Under the pieces are notes generated by a model, which was not told where the DNA came from, did not search any database, and saw nothing but the letters and a program-made list of their open reading frames with translations. DNA of 64,000 nt from the IMG/VR virus record IMGVR_UViG_3300044846_004358. One strand, given 5' to 3'. The position numbers were made by a program, and so were the translations under genes. This document shows, one piece after another, positions 1 through 9,717 of this stretch; position 1 is the stretch's first letter; each line of letters begins with the position of its first letter. The DNA is from an uncultured virus (IMG/VR IMGVR_UViG_3300044846_004358) (Duplodnaviria > Heunggongvirae > Uroviricota > Caudoviricetes).

Positions 1-10
1 CCCCTTTTTT

Positions 11-688
11 TTATTCTTTTTCCTCTTTTCCTGAGTATTTAACCCCCATTATTGTACCGATTATACTAAATGCGTTAGTTAATAATATACCTAACATATT
101 TGACCAAGTAGAACCAATCATTTGTGTATCTTTGTTTATTACTAAAGCCAAAATATACATAAATGTGGTTATAATACCGATAGATATAATAACACCTAAT
201 GCAATTCTCACGATGTTACCAATTAATTCGGTTTGTTTTTTCTTTTGTAGAACATCCAAATCATTAACCGCTGCAGTTTTGGCTTCTTCTGCTTGGATTC
301 TTGCTAATTCTGACTTGGCCATCTCTTGTTGAAGTTCCACACTCATTCTTTGGTTGTCTTGTTGCCAAGCAAGTAACTCTCTATTTTGAACTTCGAAAGT
401 CATTTTTGCCTCCTCAACCTCTTTCAAAGAAACTTGGAGTTCATCCATTATTCTTTGATTTTCAGTATTGAGTTCAATTAGTTCTTTGTTCTTTTCCTGA
501 ACTTGTTTTGTTATTTCTAACCTTTTTTTTCTTGTTTCTTTATCTTTATCCTTACAATTCTCAACATATTTAGCAAAATCAGGGTCATCTGAAGAGTCAA
601 TAATCTTCAAAATATTACCTTCTAAACCAATATTTTTCTTTTCGAGTAATTCTATTAACTCTTGTTTTGTTTCCTTATTAAATTTCAT
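11..688 (-). CDS. Coiled-coil protein with two C-terminal transmembrane helices, last gene of the kinase/regulator operon
   Basis: Long E/K/Q-rich heptad region, then two hydrophobic segments (IALGVIISIGIITTFMYILALVI; MLGILLTNAFSIIGTIMGV); start overlaps the stop of the response regulator. Confidence 0.75.
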   Translation of the reverse strand: MKFNKETKQELIELLEKKNIGLEGNILKIIDSSDDPDFAKYVENCKDKDKETRKKRLEITKQVQEKNKELIELNTENQRIMDELQVSLKEVEEAKMTFEVQNRELLAWQQDNQRMSVELQQEMAKSELARIQAEEAKTAAVNDLDVLQKKKQTELIGNIVRIALGVIISIGIITTFMYILALVINKDTQMIGSTWSNMLGILLTNAFSIIGTIMGVKYSGKEEKE

Positions 689-1122
689 TATTTATACACC
701 TTAAATGAGGCAGTTCTTTTTTTATAGCCTTCATAATCTTTTTTGAATTCTTCTAATCTAGGTTCGATATCATCAGATTTTATAATCCAAAATTGTGCGC
801 CAGCTTGAACAGCTTTAGCTTGTTCTTCAGGTTCATTAGATGAGGATATAATCCCTATAACCACATTATTACCATACTCAAAGTTAATCTTTCTAATCAA
901 TTCTATACCATCAAAGGAAGAACCAATTATATTTAAATCAACAAATACACACTCAGGTCTATCTGAATAATCACCACCCAACCATTTTTGAAAAAGTTTA
1001 GCGGCTTCATCAGAACTATTCAATGATTTTAGTGATAAACTAATATCTAATAAAGAACAAGCGTCTTCAAAAACTAAATGGAACAAGTCCTCATCATCTA
1101 CCAACATTAACGAATCAATCAT
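688..1122 (-). CDS. Single-domain (CheY-like) response regulator
   Basis: LVDD acidic pocket, FVDLN phospho-acceptor Asp, DGIELI, ISSS, IIK lysine; no output domain. Confidence 0.92.
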   Translation of the reverse strand: MIDSLMLVDDEDLFHLVFEDACSLLDISLSLKSLNSSDEAAKLFQKWLGGDYSDRPECVFVDLNIIGSSFDGIELIRKINFEYGNNVVIGIISSSNEPEEQAKAVQAGAQFWIIKSDDIEPRLEEFKKDYEGYKKRTASFKVYK

Positions 1123-1136
1123 TTTTTGTTTTTTTT

Positions 1137-3260
1137 TTATTTTATGTTTATTTTCATTTTAGTACCAATATCATTTTTTTCACATGTAATTTCAAATCCG
1201 TGTTCTTCTAAAATTGCAACACAAATATTTAACCCTAATCCTGTACCACTCTCTTTTTGTCCTTCTTTTCTTGTATATGGTTTTGATAAATGGTCGAAAT
1301 CTTGTTGAGTGATTCCTCTACCATTATCTTGTATTATTAACAAATCCCCCTCCATAAATATTTTAACAAATTTCGTATCAGAATCGTTATATTTCAAACC
1401 ATTTCTTATCAGATTATCAATTGATGTACAAAACAATGACTCATTCACATCTTTAGTTATTAATTCCTCGATATGAACCTGACTTTTGTATGAGGTTGTT
1501 GTTAAGTAACTTTCTAAAATACTTTTTAGATTACATTCTGTTTTATTTAATACAACATCTTTTTTTACTAAGTTTGTAAATTCATAAACACCTTTATAAA
1601 CTTTTTGAGCATGGCTCAACCCATCTTTAATCATTTTAAATGGTGCTGTTATTTTTAACTCCTCTATTTGTTCAATAGTTAATCTTCGTTCTAATGAACT
1701 AACTCCCCTAGGTATGTATGTGTTAATACCTGAGTGCATATCGTGTCTTAGAATCTTTGCTGCGTGTTCTAAATAAGTGTTCTTTTTCTCAATTTCTATT
1801 GATTGTGTAATTCTATCAGTTATATCTGTTGCAATTTTCATTACTCTTTGTACTTTACCATCTATATCAAATACAGGATTATATGAAGCTTGAATCCAAA
1901 CTTTGTTTTTATCTTTAGTAAACCTTAAAAACTCATCAGTAACATATTCTCCACTTTTTAACAATTTCCAAAACTCTTTATATTCAGGAGATTTTGAATA
2001 TTCCTTTGAAACAAAAATCTTATGATGTTTACCTTTTAATTCTTTTTCTTCATAACCCATTTTTTCACAGAATAAACTATTAGCAAACATAATTTTACCA
2101 TCCAAATCAAACTCAATAACCATATTCGATGTATTAATAGCATTCATCCTATTTTTTATATCAATTTCTTTTTTCTTGACTTCTGTTACATCATATCTGA
2201 TTGACATATACCCCAAAAACTTACCATTTTCATCAAAATCACCTTTTATATATGAATCAACCCAATATAAGTTACCATTTTTATCCCTATTTGTAACAAT
2301 CTCATTCCAAATCTTTTTCTCAACGACAACATCTTTGTACATATTAGCCCAAAACTCCTTGGGATGTTTACCCGAATTAACAATACTATGGTCTTTTCCT
2401 CTTACTTCATCTAAAGACCATCCAGATACTTCCTCAAACTTTTTATTTACATATGTTATTCTACCTTTATTGTCCGCTTTAGAAACCAAAACAGATGTAT
2501 CAACAAACTTTTCGAACTCTTGTAAATTACCTCTCAAAATATTACTTTCTTTAACCGAATAAGCAAAAGAATATAGTGATGATAACATTTGAGCAAAGTT
2601 AACTTCTAATCCAATCCATTCCCTTAATGTTTTACTCTCAATACACACAACACCAATTACATCGCCTCTGTACATAATTGGAACATCCAACATAGATTTA
2701 ATACCAAGGGGTTTCAAATACCCTTCAACAAAACAATATGTTGCGGTATGAGTTTCAGCATTGTTTGCAATAATAATCGGATTGATTTCTAAGTGTTCAA
2801 AATAGGCGATAAAATCTTTTTTATACATTTCCGCCCCACTATACCATTCATCTTCTTTTTTAATATAAAGTTGTTGACAGATAATTGAGGTTTTATCTGA
2901 ATTATATAACCAAATTGAACATCTATCAGCATCAATTGATTCTGTTACTTCCTTTGTTAAAGTTTTTGCCCCATCCTTTACATTTCCTTGATAAAATAAT
3001 GAATTGTGTGATTGTGATATAAGAACTTTGTTAAGTTTTTTGGAGTATTGTGTTAATTTTATATTATGTTTTAATTTATTAGTATATTCTTTTACCAAGA
3101 TTGAAAAGAATGGTAAAAAAACAATAAAACAAGATAATTCAATTATTTTGATTAATTGTAGTGCGTCATTTATAAAAAATAATGAAATCATCTTCATTAT
3201 AAAGAAAATTGACATAATTAAAACTGAAAAGTAAATAGAAATTTTAACCTTGATTGACAT
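1137..3260 (-). CDS. Membrane-anchored GAF-PAS-PAS sensor histidine kinase
   Basis: Two N-terminal TM segments; GAF (ADRCSIWL, LGIKSMLDVPI, VIGVVC); two PAS/PAC (ITYVNKKF...YWVDSYI; VWIQASYNPV...DIT); H-box RHDMHS, N-box NLIRNGLKY, G1 DNGRGI, G2 GTGLGL. Confidence 0.93.
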   Translation of the reverse strand: MSIKVKISIYFSVLIMSIFFIMKMISLFFINDALQLIKIIELSCFIVFLPFFSILVKEYTNKLKHNIKLTQYSKKLNKVLISQSHNSLFYQGNVKDGAKTLTKEVTESIDADRCSIWLYNSDKTSIICQQLYIKKEDEWYSGAEMYKKDFIAYFEHLEINPIIIANNAETHTATYCFVEGYLKPLGIKSMLDVPIMYRGDVIGVVCIESKTLREWIGLEVNFAQMLSSLYSFAYSVKESNILRGNLQEFEKFVDTSVLVSKADNKGRITYVNKKFEEVSGWSLDEVRGKDHSIVNSGKHPKEFWANMYKDVVVEKKIWNEIVTNRDKNGNLYWVDSYIKGDFDENGKFLGYMSIRYDVTEVKKKEIDIKNRMNAINTSNMVIEFDLDGKIMFANSLFCEKMGYEEKELKGKHHKIFVSKEYSKSPEYKEFWKLLKSGEYVTDEFLRFTKDKNKVWIQASYNPVFDIDGKVQRVMKIATDITDRITQSIEIEKKNTYLEHAAKILRHDMHSGINTYIPRGVSSLERRLTIEQIEELKITAPFKMIKDGLSHAQKVYKGVYEFTNLVKKDVVLNKTECNLKSILESYLTTTSYKSQVHIEELITKDVNESLFCTSIDNLIRNGLKYNDSDTKFVKIFMEGDLLIIQDNGRGITQQDFDHLSKPYTRKEGQKESGTGLGLNICVAILEEHGFEITCEKNDIGTKMKINIK

Positions 3261-3280
3261 AATTGATAACTTTTTTTTAT

Positions 3281-3316
3281 ATAAATACTAACTGAACCTA
3301 GTTAATTGGTATTTAT
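3281..3316. promoter_or_regulatory. Back-to-back TATTTAT motifs (putative phage late-type promoters) for the kinase operon (-) and endolysin (+)
   Basis: ATAAATA at 3281-3287 and TATTTAT at 3310-3316, each about 20 nt before an ATG; the same motif precedes about 28 gene or operon starts in the window. Confidence 0.6.
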
Positions 3317-3334
3317 AAAAAAAACTATAAAACT

Positions 3335-4138
3335 ATGTTAAAAATCGGTTCACAAGGAGAATTAGTTAAACAACTCCAAACAAAATTAGGCGTTACTGCC
3401 GATGGTGCATTCGGTCCTGGTACTGACAAAGCACTTAAAGAATGGCAAACTAAAAATGGTTTAGTTGCTGATGGTATTGCAGGTCCTGCAACACTTGAGA
3501 AAATGGGGGTATCTCTTCCAAAAGTCGAAAAAGAGACATTAAAATTGGACAAACTTAAAGGACAAATTCCTGATTCAGTAATCAATGAAATTAATGCCAA
3601 TGGTGAAAAGTTCGGTATTATCACGAATTTGAGATTGACACACTTTTTAGCACAATGTTCAACAGAATCAGGTAACTTCAAAGCTGTTAATGAGAATCTT
3701 AATTACTCAAAGGATGGTTTGATGAAAATTTTTCCAAAGTATTTTCCTGGTAACTTAGCTGAATCTTACGCTTATAAACCTGAGAAAATTGCATCTCGTG
3801 TTTATGGAAGTAGATTGGGTAATGGTGATGAAACAACTAAAGAAGGTTGGAAATATCGTGGAGCAGGTTTTATACAGTTGACAGGAAAAGACAACTTCAA
3901 AAAATTTGGTGAGTTTTTAGGTGAAGATTTAGTAACAAATCCAGACTTAGTTGCAACGAAATACCCTTTAACTTCCGCAGCATTCTTTTTCAATAGTAAC
4001 AATCTTTGGTCTGTTTGCGACCGTGGTACTGGTGAAGATGTTGTAACAGAAGTAAGTAGAAGAGTAAATGGTGGATTCAATGGTTTAGACCACAGAAAAC
4101 ACGAGTTCAAAAGATTCGAAAAATTACTTTTAGCTTAA
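3335..4138 (+). CDS. Endolysin: peptidoglycan-binding domain plus GH19 (chitinase-like) catalytic domain
   Basis: N-terminal LQ..LG..ADG.FG..T..A.K.WQ..NGLVADGIAGPAT; GH19 motifs HFLAQCSTESG, ENLNYS, YRGAGFIQLTG, RRVNGGFNGLDHR. Confidence 0.92.
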   Translation: MLKIGSQGELVKQLQTKLGVTADGAFGPGTDKALKEWQTKNGLVADGIAGPATLEKMGVSLPKVEKETLKLDKLKGQIPDSVINEINANGEKFGIITNLRLTHFLAQCSTESGNFKAVNENLNYSKDGLMKIFPKYFPGNLAESYAYKPEKIASRVYGSRLGNGDETTKEGWKYRGAGFIQLTGKDNFKKFGEFLGEDLVTNPDLVATKYPLTSAAFFFNSNNLWSVCDRGTGEDVVTEVSRRVNGGFNGLDHRKHEFKRFEKLLLA

Positions 4139-4145
4139 AAAAATT

Positions 4146-4173
4146 AAACCCCACTTTTTAGGTGGGGTTTTTT
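4146..4173. terminator. Bidirectional intrinsic terminator (CCCCAC family)
   Basis: AAACCCCAC-N7-GTGGGGTTT with T tract, between convergent genes. Confidence 0.85.
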
Positions 4174-4174
4174 A

Positions 4175-4855
4175 TTATAAGAACTCAATTTCGTTTGTCT
4201 CAGGATTCCATTCGATTGTAAGTGGTTTGTGATGGTAATTATAACTTTCATTTAATACTGCGGCATTAATGTAGTGAGTGTCACCATCAAATGTGTAACC
4301 ATATCCTGTGTGAATGTGTCCACACACATGAATCTTTGGTTTAATTTCTTTGATTCTATCAGTCAATAATTCACAACCAAGATTTTCAGGTCTACCAATT
4401 ACTTTATCAACATAACCATAAGCAGGTCCGTGAGTAATTAATATGTCTGTATTATTTGGAATGTTACCCCACTTTTCTTTTAACTCATAACCATTCCTTG
4501 GAAGATTGAATGCCCAATTATAAAACTCAGGTTGCCAAGGACTACCATAAACACTTACAAGTTTTTCACCCACCAATACTTCATTATCTTCTATATATGT
4601 TATGTCACTATAGAAGTCCAAGATTTCTTTTACTTTCTCAGTATTGATTTGGAATCCCCAATCGTGGTTACCCGCAATGAATACTTTGTGAGTGTAATTG
4701 TCCAAACTATTGTACCATTTACAGAACTCACGAATTTCGTGTTCATAACCCATAGAAGATATATCACCAGCATGGATTAACAAATCACCACCAGGTAAAT
4801 CATCAGTAACAAACTTGTGTTTGTTGTGTGTGTCAGATATAAATGTTATTTTCAT
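4175..4855 (-). CDS. Calcineurin-like metallophosphoesterase
   Basis: DTH, HAGD, GNHD, THGP, GHIH motifs. Confidence 0.92.
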   Translation of the reverse strand: MKITFISDTHNKHKFVTDDLPGGDLLIHAGDISSMGYEHEIREFCKWYNSLDNYTHKVFIAGNHDWGFQINTEKVKEILDFYSDITYIEDNEVLVGEKLVSVYGSPWQPEFYNWAFNLPRNGYELKEKWGNIPNNTDILITHGPAYGYVDKVIGRPENLGCELLTDRIKEIKPKIHVCGHIHTGYGYTFDGDTHYINAAVLNESYNYHHKPLTIEWNPETNEIEFL

Positions 4856-4882
4856 AATTGTTGTATTGTCTTTATTTTAATA

Positions 4883-4901
4883 CAAATATAAAGATATTTA
4901 T
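4883..4901. promoter_or_regulatory. Back-to-back host-type TAnnTTTG (-) and phage-type TATTTAT (+) promoter motifs
   Basis: CAAATATA at 4883-4890 (TATATTTG on -) and TATTTAT at 4895-4901. Confidence 0.6.
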
Positions 4902-4918
4902 GAATAAAAAATACAAAA

Positions 4919-5899
4919 ATGAAAACAATTATTAGATTAACAGAAAATGATTTATACAAAATTGTTAAGAGAGTAATCTCAGAACAAGTAAGTGATGAAA
5001 ACAAAGCAGGAAATTACCTTAAAAATAGTGTCCCATATTCTTTCAAAGGTCTATTTCCAATAAGACCAGATGTACAAAGTGCAACAATAACCTTCGATAG
5101 AACCCTTGGTAACATACCATCACCTCAAATTACCAAACAACCTATCAATGTTGCAGGTATTGAAAATGGTGTTCATTTTTTTATTAAAGATGAATCAGAA
5201 AGTCTGAAGTCTTATTTGAACTCCGTTTTGACTATGAACCTAAATAGTCTTGCAGGAAAACTAACAATAAATGGACAACCTTTAGACCAAGGGAGACCAG
5301 TTGACGAACCAAATGTAGGACCTACTTTTTACACAATTAGTAATGAGTTTAATAAATTGATTGGTGACCTTTCTTCAGGATTAGGTTTGTCAGGAAATCT
5401 GAACCCAAACAACGTTATGACATTTGTTAATTCAGTACCATCTATGACTAGAGATGAATTAAATAATATTATGAGAGCTGTAGAAAGTTTCAGAAAAGCA
5501 TTCGGAAACTTCAAGACTGAGTTTGAAAAAAAGGGTGTTCAAGGACTTGATTTAGGTAAATTTTCTAACGTTGAAAAATATGGTCAAGCTTACTTTGGTG
5601 ATAAAATGCAAGTGTATCTAACATTACAAGTTGATGATACAGGTGATGACCAATTGGATTCTAAATATGAAACATTCCGTGATATGATTGGACAACAATA
5701 TTTGGAATTTGTAAAAAATGGAATAAAACAGAATAACATTTTTATACCTTCTTTAGAATCATTGTTTAAGGCGAGTCCAAGAATTAAAAACGAAATTGAT
5801 AAAGGCGGTATTGGGGGAATGAACAAACTAAATCCTAAAATAAGTAAACTTGTTGTTGTGGTTTATTCACCAAATCCTGGAGGTGTAGAACTTGCTTAA
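4919..5899 (+). CDS. Hypothetical protein with class-A leader (MKTIIRLTENDLYKIVKRVISE)
   Basis: 326-aa ORF; leader shared with 8 other genes. Confidence 0.8.
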   Translation: MKTIIRLTENDLYKIVKRVISEQVSDENKAGNYLKNSVPYSFKGLFPIRPDVQSATITFDRTLGNIPSPQITKQPINVAGIENGVHFFIKDESESLKSYLNSVLTMNLNSLAGKLTINGQPLDQGRPVDEPNVGPTFYTISNEFNKLIGDLSSGLGLSGNLNPNNVMTFVNSVPSMTRDELNNIMRAVESFRKAFGNFKTEFEKKGVQGLDLGKFSNVEKYGQAYFGDKMQVYLTLQVDDTGDDQLDSKYETFRDMIGQQYLEFVKNGIKQNNIFIPSLESLFKASPRIKNEIDKGGIGGMNKLNPKISKLVVVVYSPNPGGVELA

Positions 5900-5904
5900 A
5901 ATAT

Positions 5905-5932
5905 AAAAACACTACTTACGTAGTGTTTTTTT
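5905..5932. terminator. Bidirectional intrinsic terminator
   Basis: AAAAACACTAC-TTAC-GTAGTGTTTTT between convergent genes. Confidence 0.85.
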
Positions 5933-6655
5933 TTACCATTCCTTGTCTTGGAAGTCTGTGTAGTAAACCTTATTAGTGTAGTTAAATGAAAACTTTTCAT
6001 TCTTGATTAGAGTTTTACAATAGTCTTTGTTTGGAAGTGATTTAGATAAGTAACTCATAAATGTTCTATCAATCCAAGCGGCTAATACATCATCCTTGTC
6101 ATTACTATTGATATTCATCTTTTCTTCTGAGGATAGTGAATTGAACCAAGTCATAGCTAATGTGTAACTTTTATCAGTTATTCTATCAAAGTGAACTTCA
6201 ACAGACTCAACTAATCTACCATTGTAAATCAACTCCACTCTAAAATCATACTTTGTTTTGTACTCAACAATACTATCAACGTAGAAAATAGAAAAAGGAA
6301 TGTAATTCAAAGAATAATTTACCTTTTGATTCAAGTCAATTTTTAATCTTGTGGTATTGAAAGAAATGAAACTAGGTTTTGAATGATTGTCAATTGAAAA
6401 AACAGAATTAACCTCAGTTACATATTTTTGGGCATCAACAAACATAATATCATCACCATCGAAGTAATGTTTGTTTTTATTAACATCATTACCTTCAGCA
6501 ATGTACAATTTGTTAGTTCTTATGATACCATTAGTAACATCAGAAATTGTGTCAATTGATTTAGATGGTAATGTTAAATCACCTACCATCATTGTAACTT
6601 GACAAAAAATAGATGTGGAAACCAAAAATGAAAGGAATAAAATACTTGTTCTCAT
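5933..6655 (-). CDS. Putative secreted hypothetical protein
   Basis: Signal-peptide-like N-terminus MRTSILFLSFLVSTSIFC-Q. Confidence 0.7.
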   Translation of the reverse strand: MRTSILFLSFLVSTSIFCQVTMMVGDLTLPSKSIDTISDVTNGIIRTNKLYIAEGNDVNKNKHYFDGDDIMFVDAQKYVTEVNSVFSIDNHSKPSFISFNTTRLKIDLNQKVNYSLNYIPFSIFYVDSIVEYKTKYDFRVELIYNGRLVESVEVHFDRITDKSYTLAMTWFNSLSSEEKMNINSNDKDDVLAAWIDRTFMSYLSKSLPNKDYCKTLIKNEKFSFNYTNKVYYTDFQDKEW

Positions 6656-6733
6656 AATCTCATCGTTTTTTTTTACAAGATAAACATATTTATTATAAAA
6701 TAATAGAAAATAAAAAAAATTAAAAAATAAATT

Positions 6734-7111
6734 ATGAGAAGAACTGTAAGATTAACTGAAAGTGATTTAGTTAAATTAGTAAAAAGAGTAATCAGTGAAC
6801 AAGCAACAAGTTGTATGGAACCATTACAATCTCATTTAGAGGGTATGATGAACTTAGGTCCTAATTTCAAAGAAGGCCAAAAGAAACCATATAGAGATTT
6901 GCTTATTCAAAATTGTAGTGCTCTTGAAAGTTACATAAAAAGTAACCCTAATGTACAATTTGGTACAGAAACATTAAAAGCAAATAAGACAGCATTTGCA
7001 TGTGTAACTTCTGTTAATTTTGGCAACAAAGAAGAGGATAAAGATATGGCTGTTGCTTTAGCTAAAGTTGGGGCTTTTGTAAATTGTGTAAAAGGTTCTG
7101 GTGGTAAATAA
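6734..7111 (+). CDS. Hypothetical protein with class-A leader (MRRTVRLTESDLVKLVKRVISE)
   Basis: ORF with leader; TATTTAT at 6687-6693. Confidence 0.8.
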   Translation: MRRTVRLTESDLVKLVKRVISEQATSCMEPLQSHLEGMMNLGPNFKEGQKKPYRDLLIQNCSALESYIKSNPNVQFGTETLKANKTAFACVTSVNFGNKEEDKDMAVALAKVGAFVNCVKGSGGK

Positions 7112-7131
7112 AAAAAAAGGATAATTATTAT

Positions 7132-7167
7132 AAAAAAAACGAACTTAAACTAAGTTCGTTTTTTTTT
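7132..7167. terminator. Bidirectional intrinsic terminator
   Basis: A-tract-CGAACTTA-loop-TAAGTTCG-T-tract between convergent genes. Confidence 0.85.
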
Positions 7168-7169
7168 AT

Positions 7170-7658
7170 TTAATCGAAGTGTGTTACTAAATAATCATTC
7201 TTTTGACTATAATATATAGACACAAAAAACATCTTTTTTTCTGATGAGTTCTTTGATTTATATTCTATTACGATTCTTTCACCTTTATCCGATAAAAAAT
7301 GTCTTGAGCTATGATAAGGAGTTCCCTCTTCATACAAAAAGGTTAAAAATAAAAATTTTTTTTCGATATCAGAATTACTATTAAGCACCAATAGATTTTC
7401 ATATTCATAAAAAGTAATTAAATTATTTTGTTCCTCAATTATTCTATCATCATCGAGTGTACGTATTTGTTTTATGTTAGAATCCAAAGTGTCTATTCTA
7501 CTATCAATTAAATCAGTTTTATTAAAATAAAAACCAATTTCTTTGAGTCCTTCTAATTCTAATGAATCCCATGTTGGTTCAGAATTAGGTATTCTTGATT
7601 GAGAATTAATATTTTGGGATGTAAAAACGAACAAGAAAAATAAAATTAAATTTTTCAT
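7170..7658 (-). CDS. Putative secreted hypothetical protein
   Basis: Signal-peptide-like MKNLILFFLFVFTSQNINS-Q. Confidence 0.7.
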   Translation of the reverse strand: MKNLILFFLFVFTSQNINSQSRIPNSEPTWDSLELEGLKEIGFYFNKTDLIDSRIDTLDSNIKQIRTLDDDRIIEEQNNLITFYEYENLLVLNSNSDIEKKFLFLTFLYEEGTPYHSSRHFLSDKGERIVIEYKSKNSSEKKMFFVSIYYSQKNDYLVTHFD

Positions 7659-7721
7659 ACTTACTAATATTATATGTTTATAAATAAATTATATATACTC
7701 AAAAAAAAAGTTTTAGAAAAT

Positions 7722-8279
7722 TTAATCCCACCAACCTCTCATACCAGAACCATCAAATTGGTCATCCCAATCTTTTTCCTTGTCGAACTTATCGTAGTCT
7801 TGTCCCTTCAATATTTCCCACAATTCATTCCATTCTTCATTTTCAAGCTCAGTAACCCTATTGAAATATTTGTTGTTGAATTCTTTTTCTTCATCAGAAT
7901 CATAGTCAACTAGTTCAAAATAATCAGGTTTATCCTCACAAGGAACAAATTCGATTTTACTGGTATTGTAACCTCTACCCAATTCTTTTTCAACGATGTC
8001 AAAGTATCTGTCCTCACGGATATTCTTTAGGATTTCAACAACTCTGTTCATTTTATCAACTTTCTTGAATCGTGGTTTTTCTACCTCATTTCCTTTCACC
8101 TTGAGGTTTTTAGCCATATGTTCAGTAGATATCTCAATGAACCTCAAAGTCCCATTATAATCCCACCAGTGATGATTCCATAGGGCTTTTCTAAATCTCC
8201 AAATGTTTTTTAAAAAGTTAGGTAAATCTTTGAATAGGAATATTCGCAATTCATCATACCAAGTATATCCGTAAGCCAT
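7722..8279 (-). CDS. Hypothetical phage protein (Trp-rich)
   Basis: 185-aa ORF ending GWWD. Confidence 0.75.
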   Translation of the reverse strand: MAYGYTWYDELRIFLFKDLPNFLKNIWRFRKALWNHHWWDYNGTLRFIEISTEHMAKNLKVKGNEVEKPRFKKVDKMNRVVEILKNIREDRYFDIVEKELGRGYNTSKIEFVPCEDKPDYFELVDYDSDEEKEFNNKYFNRVTELENEEWNELWEILKGQDYDKFDKEKDWDDQFDGSGMRGWWD

Positions 8280-8294
8280 AAATTTTTGTTTTGA

Positions 8295-8549
8295 TTAAAA
8301 TAAGAAAAATTGTGAAATGTTTGAAAGAAAGTTCCCTTTCTTTTTTCGTGTTTTAGAAAGTTTACCTTTTTTTTCTTTTTCGAAATTGGAACTAAGTTGC
8401 CCCATCTGTTTGTCAGTTAATTCTTTGTTCCATTTTTTGACATACAACTCGAACAATCTTTCAGTTGTTCTCACTTGTTCTTCGTTCTGACAAGAATCAA
8501 GAACTTTCATAACCCAAGTGTATTGATTTAGTAACTCGTGCTTTGTCAT
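8295..8549 (-). CDS. Hypothetical protein
   Basis: 84-aa ORF; TATCTTTG motif upstream (8588-8595). Confidence 0.7.
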   Translation of the reverse strand: MTKHELLNQYTWVMKVLDSCQNEEQVRTTERLFELYVKKWNKELTDKQMGQLSSNFEKEKKGKLSKTRKKKGNFLSNISQFFLF

Positions 8550-8606
8550 TTCGATTTATTTTATTGGGTGAACAAATATTTCTCAGACAAAGATAAGTTT
8601 TATAAT

Positions 8607-8909
8607 CTAATCCTCAAAATATTTTACATATTTTTTTATTGTTTGTCTTCTTTTTTTGTCGTCCACATCCGCAAATACATCAACAAGTAAATTATCAATT
8701 TTATCAATCAACTTTTTAAAGTTACCTCTTACAGGAACTGACTTGTCATCAACTAAAATCCTATATTTACCAAAGTATTCCTGAAATTCTGTTGGAACTT
8801 CATTGACTGGAAAATTTCTCCTCAAATAAACTAAAACTTTATCGTCAGCTTCTGTGTATTTGGCAAGTATATCCTCTTTTTCTTCTTCTGTAAGTACTAT
8901 TCTTTTCAT
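8607..8909 (-). CDS. Hypothetical protein with class-B leader (MKRIVLTEEEKEDILAKY)
   Basis: Start moved to ATG 8909, which follows the TATTTAT motif at 8916-8922. Confidence 0.75.
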   Translation of the reverse strand: MKRIVLTEEEKEDILAKYTEADDKVLVYLRRNFPVNEVPTEFQEYFGKYRILVDDKSVPVRGNFKKLIDKIDNLLVDVFADVDDKKRRQTIKKYVKYFED

Positions 8910-8957
8910 ATTTATATAAATATTGATGATTATAACAAATTTACTTATTTTAATCAA

Positions 8958-9233
8958 ATGAAGAAAGGATTATGGATTTTATTGAATAAAGTTTTCAAAA
9001 AGGATTTAGAGCTTCTTTATGGTATAGGTAGTGATGTAGAAATAACTAACATTATATTCAGTACAAATAATAAAATTCACGTGATTAGTTGTAAGTTAAA
9101 AATCGGAGATGTTAAGTTGTATGAAGACATAGGTGAAACAGGTTTAAATTATCTATTTGAAGAATCTTGGAAGTATTTGGGATTTTATGATAAAAATTTT
9201 ATGCTACAAATATCTTTTGATTTGACATTTTAA
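8958..9233 (+). CDS. Hypothetical protein
   Basis: 91-aa ORF. Confidence 0.65.
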   Translation: MKKGLWILLNKVFKKDLELLYGIGSDVEITNIIFSTNNKIHVISCKLKIGDVKLYEDIGETGLNYLFEESWKYLGFYDKNFMLQISFDLTF

Positions 9234-9277
9234 ATTAATGTGATTATTATTCATTCAATAAAACATTACAATTTAAA

Positions 9278-9703
9278 ATGAAAAAAATTCAAGTAGGTGA
9301 CACCGTTATAGTCAATTATACAGGAAGATTGGAAGATGGGACAATCTTTGATTCTTCACTTAATGAGGGACGTGAACCATTAACATCAACATTAGGTCAA
9401 GGTCAACTCATTTCAGGTTTTGAGGATGGTTTAATTGATATGGTAGTTGGTGAGACAAAAACAATCGAAATTGAACCTGAGAATGCCTATGGCAATTATC
9501 AATCAGAAATGATTACAATAGTATCCAAGAGTCAAGTACCTGAAACAATACAAGTTGGTGAAACCCTCCAAGGAAACACACCTAATGGACCGATTATTGT
9601 AAAAGTAATTGAAGTGACTGATGATTCAGTAACTTTGGATGCTAACCATCCTCTTGCAGGAAAAAAATTAATCTTTGATTTGGAAGTTATGGGTATTTCT
9701 TAG
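9278..9703 (+). CDS. slyD: FKBP-type peptidyl-prolyl isomerase (SlyD/SlpA-like, no His-rich tail)
   Basis: YTGRLEDGTIFDSS, LISGFEDGL, PENAYG, LDANHPLAGKKLIF. Confidence 0.9.
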   Translation: MKKIQVGDTVIVNYTGRLEDGTIFDSSLNEGREPLTSTLGQGQLISGFEDGLIDMVVGETKTIEIEPENAYGNYQSEMITIVSKSQVPETIQVGETLQGNTPNGPIIVKVIEVTDDSVTLDANHPLAGKKLIFDLEVMGIS

Positions 9704-9717
9704 GAAATACCTTTTTT

